Below the pieces are notes generated by a model, which saw only the letters and a list, made by a program, of their open reading frames with translations, did not search any database and had not been told where the DNA came from. DNA of 62,772 bases, the filler included, from Chrysochromulina tobinii (lineage: Eukaryota), in NCBI GenBank assembly GCA_001275005.1. It is 7 parts of 7 records of this genome, joined end to end, with 100 filler letters (N's around TTAATTAATTAA, not from the genome) between each part and the next. Parts side by side here need not be neighbours in the genome. Positions count along the whole stretch, not along the records: positions 8,957 to 13,450 come from JWZX01001132.1; positions 13,551 to 24,480 come from JWZX01001133.1; 5 more parts are not named here. One strand, given 5' to 3'. The translations under genes and the position numbers were made by a program. Below are positions 8,957 through 19,053 of the stretch, piece by piece; the first letter of the stretch is position 1; every line of letters starts with the position of its first letter.

Positions 8957-11900
8957 GCACAGTGCCACCCTGCTCGCCGTGCACGAGCGCGTTCTGTGAC
9001 GCGTTGAACAGGATGCTTGTGAGGAGCGCCTTGTCGGCCCGCATACTGCGCGAGTCGGCTGCGTCGATCACAACACGCGACGCGGCTCTCAGCCCGAGGT
9101 GCTCGAAGAGCTGCTCCAGGGTGAACTCCTCGCGCACTGGATGGTATTCGCCGGTGATGATCGACGTGTGCAGCAGCACGCTCTTGCACATGTGGAACCC
9201 TGCGATGGATTCGGCGAGGGTGCGCCGCAGCCGCTCGAGCAGCTCGCTGCGTGTCGCGTCGTCGGCTCCGCTCAGCGTGAATGACGTGAGCTGCTTCAGA
9301 GCAAGCTCGCACATGAGGGAGGTGTTGCACATCACTCTCTTGGAGGTATGGTTGATCACGCGGTTACTCATGCTCTCGGCCTCAGCCTGCGTTAACGCGT
9401 GCGCCTTAACCGATGCCACGTGCTTCGCCTTCTCCTCGTCACATTCCACCTGCGTCTCGGCGTGCGCCTTGACCGATGCCACGAGCTTCCTCGTCTCCTC
9501 GTCACATTCAGCGTGGGTCTCGGCGTGCGCCTTGACCGATGCCACGAGCTTCCTCGTCTCCTCGTCACATTCCGCGTGGGTCTCGGCGTGCGCCTTGACC
9601 GATGCCACGAGCTTCGCCTTCTCCTCGTCACATTCCGCGTGGGTCTCGGCGTGGGCCTTGACCGATGCCACGAGCTTCCTCGTCTCCTCGTCACATTCAG
9701 CGTGCGTCTCGGCGTGCGCCTTGACCGATGCGACGTGCTTCGCCTTCTCCTCGTCACATTCCACCTGCGTCTCGGCGTGCGCCTTGACCGATGCCACGAG
9801 CTTCCTCGTCTCTTCGTCACATTCCGCGTGGGTCTCGGCGTGGGCCTTGACCGATGCCACGAGCTTCCTCGTCTCCTCGTCACATTCCACCTGCGTCTCG
9901 GCGTGCGCCTTGACCGATGCGACGTGCTTCGCCTTCTCCTCGTCACATTCCACCTGCGTCTCGGCGTGCGCCTTGACCGATGCCACGAGCTTCCTCGTCT
10001 CCTCGTCACATTCAGCGTGGGTCTCGGCGTGCGCCTTGACCGATGCCACGAGCTTCCTCGTCTCCTCGTCACATTCCGCGTGGGTCTCGGCGTGCGCCTT
10101 GACCGATGCGACGAGCTTCCTCGTCTCCTCGTCACATTCCGCGTGCGTCTCGGCGTGTGCCTTGACCGATGCGACGTGCTTGGCCGTCTCCTCGTCACAT
10201 GTGACCTGCGTCTCGGCGTGTGCCTTGAAGGAAGCCGCGAGCTTGGCCTTCTCCTCGTCACATTCCGCGTGGGTCTCGGCGTGCGCCTTGACCGATGCCG
10301 CGAGCTTCGCCTTCTCCTCGTCACATTCCGCGTGGGTCTCGGCGTGCGCCTTGACCGATGCCGCGAGCTTGGCCTTCTCGTCATGACATGTCACCTGCGT
10401 CTTGGCATGCACCTTGAAGGATGTCGCGAGCTCAGCCTTCTTATCATCACAATCTGCTTGAGTCTCGGCCTGCATCTTGACACCTGCGTTGGACTCGGCG
10501 AGGGTGCGCCGCAGCCGCTTGAGCAGCACGCTGCGAGTCGCGTCGTCGGCCTCGCTCAGCGTGAACGACGAGAGCTGCTTCAGAGCTAGCTCGCACATGA
10601 GGGTGGTGTTGCTCATCACTCTCCGGAAGGTATGGTTGATCACGCGGTTGCCCTTGCTCTCGGCCTCAGCCTGTGTTAACGCGTGCGCCTTGACCGATGC
10701 CGCGAGCTTCGCCTTCTCCTCATCGTATGCCACCTGCGTCTCGGCGTGCGCCTTGACCGATGCGACGAGCTTCCTCGTCTCCACGTCGCATTCCGCGTGG
10801 GTCTCGGCGTGCGCCTTGACCGATGCGACGAGCTTCCTCGTCTCCTCGTCACATTCCGCGTGCGTCTCGGCGTGCGCCTTGACCGATGCCGCGAGCTTGG
10901 CCGTCTCCTCGTCACATGTGACCTGCGTCTCAGCGTGCGCCTTGAAGGAAGCCGCGAGCTTGGCCTTCTCCTCGTCACATTCCGCGTGGGTCTCGGCGTG
11001 CGCCTTGACCGATGCGACGAGCTTCCTCGTCTCCTCGTCACATTCCGCGTGGGTCTCGGCGTGCGCCTTGACCGATGCGACGAGCTTCGCCTTCTCTTCG
11101 TCGTAAGCCACCTGCGTCTCGGCGTGCGCCTTGACCGATGCGACGAGCTTCCTCGTCTCCTCGTAGCATTCCGCGTGGGTCTCGGCGTGCGCCTTGACCG
11201 ATGCGACGAGCTTAGCCTTATCATCATCACATTCCGCGTGCGTCTCGGCGTGCGCCTTGACCGATGCGACGAGCTTCGCTTTCTCCTCATCGTATGCCAC
11301 CTGCGTCTCGGCGTGCGCCTTGACCGATGCCGCGAGCTTCGCCTTCTCCTCGTCACATTCCGCGTGGGTCTCGGCGTGCGCCTTGACCGATGCGACGAGC
11401 TTCCTCGTCTCCTCGTCACATTCCGCGTGGGTCTCGGCGTGCGCCTTGACCGATGCGACGAGCTTCGCCTTCTCTTCGTCGTAAGCCACCTGCGTCTCGG
11501 CGTGCGCCTTGACCGATGCCGCGAGCTTCGCCTTCTCCTCGTCACATTCCGACTGCGTGGTTGCAAGTTTTTCGTGCCGATCGGCGCACTCAGCCTGCAT
11601 GCTTTGAAGCTGCCGACGCAGGCATCTCGATTCCTTGTGTTCTGGCAGTAGTGAGTCGCACCGCTTCTCGCGATCCAGCGCCTCCCGGGATCGGAATCTG
11701 CTGCGTACTGTCTCGCTTGCTGTCTCGGAGACTGACTTTCCCCCATTGATCTCGTCTTCCTCGGCGGCGGCAGCGTCGTCATCGTCTTGACCTTGAGCGT
11801 CAGACCACGCTACGCATCGGTAGAGGCGAGCGTCAAACACGGCCGCACTCGACATCATCATGATCAGCAGCACGCCAGCAAACTGCTTTGCCGGTTCCGC

Positions 11901-12350
11901 ATCCAGGTAGTACCCTGCGGTGGCGGCGTGCATGGCGAGGATCGTGCATATCACGCTCAAGTCGAGTGCAGCCCGCTTCGGATTGAGCGGAAGAATCAAG
12001 TGCAATGTGATGCCTAGAGCGATGCTGTTGGCGGCCGTGCCAACACTGTTGTGGCAATCGGCCCAGGAGAGGAGGTAGAAGTGGGCTGTGCACAGCACCA
12101 GCCACATCGCCGTGTAGAGTGTAGATAGCACGAACGTGCGGTGTCGACGGTACCAGCGCGGATGCTCGCACACGACGAACAGCACGCAAGCGCCCCCCGC
12201 CAACATCAAGCTTCGTCCGGCGAAGGCAGCGGTGGTCGAAGTGGCGGGAAAGGCCTGGGTGTCAAACCACCCGGCGGGCAGCGCGATAGCATTCAGTGCG
12301 AAGAAAGCGAAGATGGCGCTCCGGTCGGCCGAAAGGTGCGCGTCGTCCAT
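8957..12350 (-). CDS. Multi-TM sensor histidine kinase-like protein with long 21-aa-repeat coiled coil and duplicated HisKA segment; 3'-truncated within HATPase_c
   Basis: About 6 N-terminal TM helices; H-box-like NRVINHTSKRVMCN occurs twice; EEFTLEQLF...ADKALLTSILFNASQNALVHG(EQGGTV) is an N-box; first ATG at 12350. Confidence 0.78.
9393..10463 (-). repeat. Coding tandem array, 17 x 63 bp (consensus THAECDEETRKLVASVKAHAE)
   Basis: Units counted directly in the translation and the DNA. Confidence 0.95.
10677..11558 (-). repeat. Coding tandem array, 14 x 63 bp (same unit family)
   Basis: Units counted directly in the translation and the DNA. Confidence 0.95.
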
Positions 12351-14545
12351 TCGGCCCGTCTGCGCGAAGTTGACAGGAGCTCTGGACGCACAGAAGTTCG
12401 CGCACTGACTCCAGACGCCGCCGAGTGGACAGTTGAGAGTGGATGCGAGTGGGTGCCTACGACGTATCGACAGTAGTGATGAAGTTTCCAAATTGGCTTC
12501 GAGGGCGATGAAGTTCCAAATTAGCTATCGGCGGGGAATTGAAAGTACTTGTTTGGGGCAAACCCCCAAAATTTTGCCCGAACCCCCCGAACCAAAAACC
12601 CCAGCACACCCCAAACAAACTCTACATGACTCGCTGTGAGTAATTCTAAGTTCAAATGTTCAATTCAAAGGCCCACCGCTGCTCTGAGTCGACCTTGGTG
12701 TCGACCCGTTTTAACCTCTCGCTGTATTGTGTGGACCTGCTTTAACTTCACAGTGGGCCACCACCTCCTTCTTCACCTCGCGCTGGTAGCACCTGTGCCT
12801 CATCTCGCTCGCGCCGCCGTGATTGGCGTGGCGCGCTCCCCGTCGCCATCTGGCAGGGCGAAAGCCAGGAAATCTCACAAGAAATCTCACCTCCTTAGCG
12901 CATGCCTTAGCGGCGCCCCGATTGCAGTGGAATGATTGCTCCTGGCATGTCCTGGCCTGTTACCACACGGTAGTCAGGTCAAAGTCAGGTCACAGGTGGG
13001 CGCGCCCCCGCCCCCCCCCGGGACGCGCTTGCCGATGAGCGCCTTATGAGCGCCGCTGTACTGTGTGGTCCTGTTTTAACCGACACACACACACCGTTTT
13101 CACCGACACACACACCGTTCTAACGCGATGTTAAATGGAGGATAGCGACTGTCAGAGCTGCGCGCAGCTGCGCATGCGGCATGGCCTCCAGCATCACAAC
13201 GTACAGCTGAAGACCTCTCATCGAGTCCGTCTCCCTATATCCTCGCCTGATGACCGCGTGATGACGGGAAGGCCGTGCCGACGGGATGAGCATGATGAGA
13301 CGGGATGACGCCTTAATGACGCCTTTCATCGAGTCCGTCTCCCCATCCTGTCGAGCGCCCCTTGATCAGCGTCGAGGACCCTTCCGAGAGCCTCGAGCTC
13401 CTCCTCGTCCTCGTCCTCCTCCCCCGCCTCCTCCCCCGCCTCCTCCCCCGNNNNNNNNNNNNNNNNNNNNNNNNNNNNNNNNNNNNNNNNNNNNTTAATT
13501 AATTAANNNNNNNNNNNNNNNNNNNNNNNNNNNNNNNNNNNNNNNNNNNNCTCGGAGTCAAGCGACAGCAGACGCTGCGGTCGCCTGTCCACAAGCCGCA
13601 GCCGCTGCGCGGATGTCCACGGTCGCGTGCGACGGTGCAGATGTGGGGAAGGCCGACTCCATTGCAACGTTCAAACTGACCTTTTTTTGCGTGTGCGTCT
13701 GGGCGGTCGCGAAGGCTGCGGGGGCAAAGGCGGCGGGAAAGGTCGCGGCTGGCCCTTGACGGCAGCCTCGTCGCCGCGCCCGGGACCATCACAGGCGTGG
13801 TGAACAGGGGCAGCGCCGGAGGCACAACCGGTACCGGACAAGTGAGTGCCACAGCAGGGTGCATGAGTGGGCGGGCGGGCGGTGCCAAGACAAAAGGGCA
13901 CCGTCGCATGTCTCTAACCTCCAGACCCATTTTCTTTTCGGAGCACGGCGAGACCGTTGCGAGGTGGACGAGAGGACGTGGTGGACCGGTGCGGAGGGAC
14001 AGGGCTGATGAGCGAGTGATTGATTGGTGATTGGATGGGATTCGATTGCCCGAGCACAACAGAGAGGAGCCGGGGCTGCACGGGTCGAGAAAAGTAAGCG
14101 CCGTAGCGAGGACGAAGGGGCCACTATTCTCCGGCTGTAGGCAGCCCGCGCGTCTCCTGTAATGAGCGCGCCGAGGAGACGCCAGTGGAGCCACCCCTTC
14201 ACATGTCCTATATCTGCTATTGGTTGCCGAAATCTCCGTGTTGCTACCTCTCTCGGTGGTGCGAAGGCGTGAGTCGATTCCGAGTGTGAGACTGAGTGGA
14301 TGCCGCTGAGTGCTGAGCATGCGATAGACGGTGTGAACGAGGAGGAGGCAATCTGTGGTGGACTAATAACTAAGGTATCCGCAAAAAAAGGTAGGAGGAG
14401 GACGAATTAAAGGGGGTCCGAGCCAGTACCCTGAAAGGCTGCTGCGCTCGCCTTTTTCAGGGTCCCCAGGATACTGGTGTATACGGTACCGGTAAAAAAG
14501 ACGTGAAAAGTATAAATAACAAAGACATGAGCGAGGGTTTACATG

Positions 14546-14896
14546 CTAGAGAGAGGCATGATCGGCACGCCGCCGTGCTCGATCGGCGTGAGCGGCGACG
14601 CGCCCGCTCGACGCGCCCGCTGAGTTGAGGCGAGGGTGCGACCAGCCCATGCCGCCGTGCCGCTGCGACAGGTGCATCGCCTCCTCGCACCGCCTCGGCG
14701 TCGGGCCGTCCGGGTTCGCGTCGTGCTGCACGTCGCGGATTTCCTCTGGGCTGGTCTTCGTGATCGCGCGGAAGAGCCGCGCCTGGCTTTCGGCGGCTCG
14801 TTCGAGCGGTTGCTTCGAGATTGAGGGCTCGTTGCCGCGTGCCTGATGGTTGAAGATCGTCGACGGCTTGAGCGCGAAGTAAGCGCGAAGCGTCCG
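14546..14896 (-). mobile_element. Non-LTR retrotransposon remnant, post-RT (thumb-region) segment
   Basis: YFALKPSTIFNHQARGNEP...EAMHLSQRHGGMG resembles the LPxxxGGLG motif downstream of non-LTR RTs; adjacent to the RT core fragment. Confidence 0.55.
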
Positions 14897-14899
14897 TAG

Positions 14900-15354
14900 A
14901 GCTACTCGAACGCGTACAGCACCACCCTCCTCGACTCCATCGTCCAAGCCGGCGCCGAGATCATCGACTGGCTGGACGCGATGGACGAGGCGACGCGCAA
15001 ACGCCTCGATATCAAGAGCATCGAGGAGTGCAAGGCCGCGGCGCGCTGCGCCACCGACGACATCGTCTTCCTCCGCACGCACTATGGCGAGGTGCTTACC
15101 GTCGTGGACGGCGAGCTCAAGCGCGTCGAGACGCACATCGGGCTCACGCAGGGCGGCCTGTTCTCGATGCTCCAGTTCTGCCTGGCCGTCTGCATGCGCG
15201 TGTTCAAGCCGCTCAAGGATAGCTCAAGGAGCAGTACCCGGAGTTCTACCCGAAGGCCATCGCGGACGACACGCACCTGCCGGCGGTGATTCGCAATCCC
15301 GAGGACATCAAGCGCCTCGCCGCGTGGTGCCACAAATACGTCGAGCTCTCCAAG
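14900..15354 (+). mobile_element. Degenerate non-LTR (CRE/R2-like) reverse transcriptase fragment, motifs 3-5, frameshifted
   Basis: YSNAYST (DxxNAFN-like) and GLTQGGLFSMLQFCLA (GxxQG); after removing the 11-nt insertion at 15220-15230 the frame reads LKEQYPEFYPKAIADDTHL (YADD-like). Confidence 0.75.
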
Positions 15355-15356
15355 GC

Positions 15357-15416
<60 letters not shown>

Positions 15417-15438
15417 GGCTGCTGCTGCTGCTGCTGCT
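15355..15438 (+). repeat. (GCT)n microsatellite, 28 Ala codons
   Basis: Seen directly. Confidence 0.95.
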
Positions 15439-15539
15439 GTTGCTGGTATTGGGCTCGGGTGGCTTGGGCGCGGGGACCCTGGTGCGGTCGCCATCGGGTG
15501 GGTGCTGAGGGGAGAAGAATCCGCCAAGGTAGCCGTCGC

Positions 15540-16454
15540 TGGTGTCCATTCTTGTCTGCGTCAAGCACAGCATCTCAGCTTGCAAGTGCAGCGGCTGGCG
15601 GACGACCATGCATTCGACAGCGTCCTCTTTGATGAGAAGGCCATTGCTTCCCAGAGTCAGACGGCTCACACTGAGGGTAACCACTACTGGGCCGTAGACA
15701 GCGCTGTAACCCAGTTGCCAAACTATCGGGGAACTGGATTCGAGGACGACTTCAATCTGCCGTGGAACGCGTACATGCCAGGGTCAAACCCGAACAGTCA
15801 CTCGTTTCCCTTCCACGGTGGTATTTGGCAGGAGGGGAAGGGCTCGATGGCATTGTATCGCTTCTTCATTTTGGACCCGATCCAGTTTCACGACGGGTTC
15901 CACTACTGGATCAGTCAAAAGGAAAACGGGATTCCATCAGAAGAGGAGTGCCGAAAAGACTTTCGCCACTCCAGCTCGGTGGCATTCTACTACATGACGA
16001 CGCCAGGCTGCGAAACGCCTCGAGCTGTAGGATGATGCAATATCGCGTGGATTCGACATTTTGGTCAAGCCCCGATCGCAACTCCTGGGCGGGTTTCGCG
16101 CGTTCCCTGCAAGGCCCGTGCACGCTGGACTTGGAGATGCAGCTCTCCGAATTCAACTTGGGGGCAACCTTGCGGCTCATCTTCGACGCAGGTGCAACGC
16201 CACCAAATACTGCAGCAGGAGGAAATCCGCTTCAGCACGCCGAAGTTGCTATAAACGGCACTCACGTGGGGCGCTTGCAAGGCTCTAACGGGCTGAATCC
16301 GATGGAACGTTTTGACCGTGCTGAGCTGCCCATCCCACGGTCACTGGTGGAGAAGGGCAGCAGCGCCAAGATCTCAATCACCATACCAGATGGCGTCGTG
16401 TGGACGTTTTTAGAGGTGTCGATTCTTTGTCTGGTGCACGCTCGAGGGATCTGA
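15540..16454 (+). pseudogene. DUF2961/GH172-like glycoside hydrolase C-terminal remnant split over two frames
   Basis: HTEGNHYWAVDS...GTGFEDDFNLPW...YRFFILDPIQF...SSVAFYY matches the DUF2961 pattern (EGD...GTGTEDYF..GW...YRFH..DPI.F...SSVAYWY). A second frame (16032-16454: LRLIFD...QHAEVAINGTHVG...LPIPRSLV) resembles the C-terminal beta domain of long DUF2961 proteins. Confidence 0.7.
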
Positions 16455-17032
16455 GGCTGGAATGTGCATTCCGCCAGACAACGTCGAGACAAGACCTGCT
16501 AAAGTGCTGCTCGAAAACCGGCCGAAATCGAAAACCCGAAAAGTCCACAAAATAAATCTACGAGCTTTGCAAATAAATATTCGAATCTTTAAAGTAAAAA
16601 AAAAGCTCATGTGGTGCTCGCTCGGAGCACTACGTCGCGGGCCCCGCCTCAGCGAGGTTAGGCTCCGAGCATGTCGTGTCTTAGCCGCGCTTGCGATTGG
16701 CTCTGTGTTGCTGGTCACTTGTCGGCGAGCGCCTCGGCAGCGTGTTGAAGCACCGTCTGCAGCACGGAGAGCACCGGCAGGGTGACCCGCGCCTTCTTGC
16801 ACTTTTCCGCCTTCGCAGCACCGGCCTCGGCGTCGCCGTCGGTGCGGATTCGCTCTTGCCGTGGTCGGCATCGTCCATCGACCACGGGCGTCTCCTCAAA
16901 GCCGAGGGCAGTGCGCTCCACGCGACGTAAGTACCTCCAATGCCGCTGCCGTCGCCATCACCACAGTTGACATCGCCGCCATCGCATCGCTCGTCGCACC
17001 ACCACAGCCGTCTCCGCCCTTGTCGCCATCCC

Positions 17033-17113
17033 TCATGGGGATCGTACGATCGCCATGTCCCTCGCCTCCATCGCCGTCGCCGTCGCCGTTGCCGTCGCCG
17101 TCGCCGTCACTGT

Positions 17114-17144
<31 letters not shown>

Positions 17145-18128
17145 CCCGCTCTAAAGGAAGTGCAGTCTTGGCGCGGGGTGGACTGACATTGGTTTCGAGA
17201 GACCATTCCCCGTACATGGGTCTCCCATTCCGCGCTCCGACTGCATGCTTTGCTGATCAAGTCCGTGCGATGCTGACTAGGTCGCCTATGAACAATCTTA
17301 ACCTGGCTAAAATTGGCCCGGAGCAAGTTGCATTTGTATCCACGAAAGTTGTATTCGTCGCTAAGTTGATGCGGACGACGCTGATTCAGTTCGTCCCAAT
17401 AGGCCTCTATGAGTACTTCCTGCTCGCCCATGCCTTTCCAGTTTCGAATGTCAAGCTTAAAGAAGCCTTGCCTATAAATGTTCATTATGCGATGGTAGAG
17501 CTGGTGCTGCGGTTCGAATACTATGACACCTGAGTTGAATCCTCTCTGGTCGCTATGAATGCCATAAGAGTCTCTTATAAGGCTTTTGTATTCTGAATTG
17601 GCTGGGCCAACGGGCTTGTCCGTGGAGCAGATTTTGGTAAATCCAAGTGCAGCAGGAGGCGTTACCCCTGTGATTGTGATGGCGTCACGGATAATAAGAG
17701 CATCGGCATCGATCAGAACGAGCAACGTCTCATTGGTGAAGTCTGGGTCCCAAAAGTGCAGCTTGTTGTAGGTATACATCCCGGGAGGAACACACAACGA
17801 ACTACTTGAGAAGCCCATTGAGTGATTAGAGAGACTTTTGGATGAAGTTGTTTGCTGCGGGCATAGTCGCCGAGAAAGGGCCCCAGACACATTCCAAGGC
17901 GGGACACCACGAGTACGGATCAGCTCTGCACCCGTCTGTTGCAGCACCTTGCCCCATCTCCCTTCCGTGTAGTTATCCACCATTACCAGGGGAGCTTTCT
18001 TGGGCTTGGTCGTCAGCATGAGTGAGCACAGCATTGTCGTACACATTGTGACGACATCCATCTGCCGCTCGATTGGTTGGAGGTTGTCCACAATGCACAT
18101 TGAGACGAATCGCGCAGATGTCGGCATG
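17033..18128 (-). CDS. Second GT8-like glycosyltransferase (start uncertain, low-complexity 3' end)
   Basis: YTYNKLHFW, LVLIDADALII (DxD), GFNSGVIVFEP, GEQEVL, YNFR and KIVH. Confidence 0.72.
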
Positions 18129-18164
18129 TGGCGAGGACTGTGTCCGCGCAAAGTCTGGATTTGG

Positions 18165-18651
18165 GTTTTTTGGGAGGTAGGGTACGGGTGCCGCATTTTG
18201 GGTAGGTAGGTAGGGGTGGCCGCCACCCCAGGCCGGTTGGCCCAGGGTAGGTAGGTAGGTACCCCCTCCCCCCCTCGTCTGGTCTGTGAGAAAAAAATGG
18301 GGTTAGGGGGTCGAACGCGGCGGCCGAAGCGTCACGAGTGATGTCATTCTCGACTCCGCCACACGCACGCACGCTGAGCCGGGCGCCGAGCCGATCACCG
18401 AAACGGCCCCCGAGTTGTACCCGAGTTGCCCGAGAGCGAGTCGGCCGCCAAGCCGGGCACCGATCAAAAGGTGAGCCGATCACCGAAAGTACGACGACAG
18501 ACCTTCCTTTTTTGGTATGTTAAGGTGGCGGGGGTAGGTAGGTAGGGGTTACCCCGATATTACCCCGATGCTGGCAAGCTCCACCGAGAGTAGGTAGGTA
18601 GGGGGTCTTCCGCCCCTCGGCACACCCACCCTACCCTACCCCCCAAAAATC
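18165..18651. mobile_element. Possible MITE-like element with imperfect ~25-bp terminal inverted repeats and internal (GGTA)n tracts
   Basis: TTTTTGGGAGGTAGGGTACGGGTG (~18167-18190) versus CACCCTACCCTACCCCCCAAAAA (~18627-18649); GGTAGGTAGG tracts at ~18202, 18247, 18534 and 18590; GAGCCGATCACCGAAA occurs twice. Confidence 0.45.
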
Positions 18652-19053
18652 CTGGTGTTCCCAGAGAAAAGTGGGTGAAACCCCTTTCTGGGGGCCCGGC
18701 TGAGAGCACCAATAATTCAACTTTTTGTCCGTGCAACCTTTTTTTGCGGATACCTTAGTTATTAGTCCACCACAGATTGCCTCCTCCTCGTTCACACCGT
18801 CTATCGCATACTCAGCATTCAGCGGCATCCACTCAGACTCACACTCGGAATCGACTCACGCCTTCGCACCACCGAGAGGGGTAGCATCACGGAGATTTCG
18901 GCAACCATATTAGAAAGAAAAGTGGTTTAGAAAGACTGCACCTAAGGTACCCTACACCGCGTGACCCGGTGCCCTACCCCCGGGAGATTCTTTGGCTTGG
19001 AGGCTCCTTCACACAAGGCGGGTGTGAAGCGTCTTTTCACTCAGGGGCTCTAC

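Noticed and set aside
9393..11558. Regular repeats resembling a CRISPR array
   Set aside because: Contiguous 63-bp in-frame coding units with no unique spacers and no cas genes.
8962..11782. Long alternative-frame and antisense ORFs over the repeat array
   Set aside because: By-products of a stop-free tandem repeat in GC-rich DNA.
13030..13450. Short direct repeats (ACCGACACACAC..., TCATCGAGTCCGTCTCCC) and a CCT tract
   Set aside because: Low-complexity slippage near a contig end; no definable element.
16033..16035. TGA in the DUF2961-like remnant as a possible selenocysteine codon
   Set aside because: Read-through gives no family-like sequence, homology continues in a different frame, and no SECIS was recognised.
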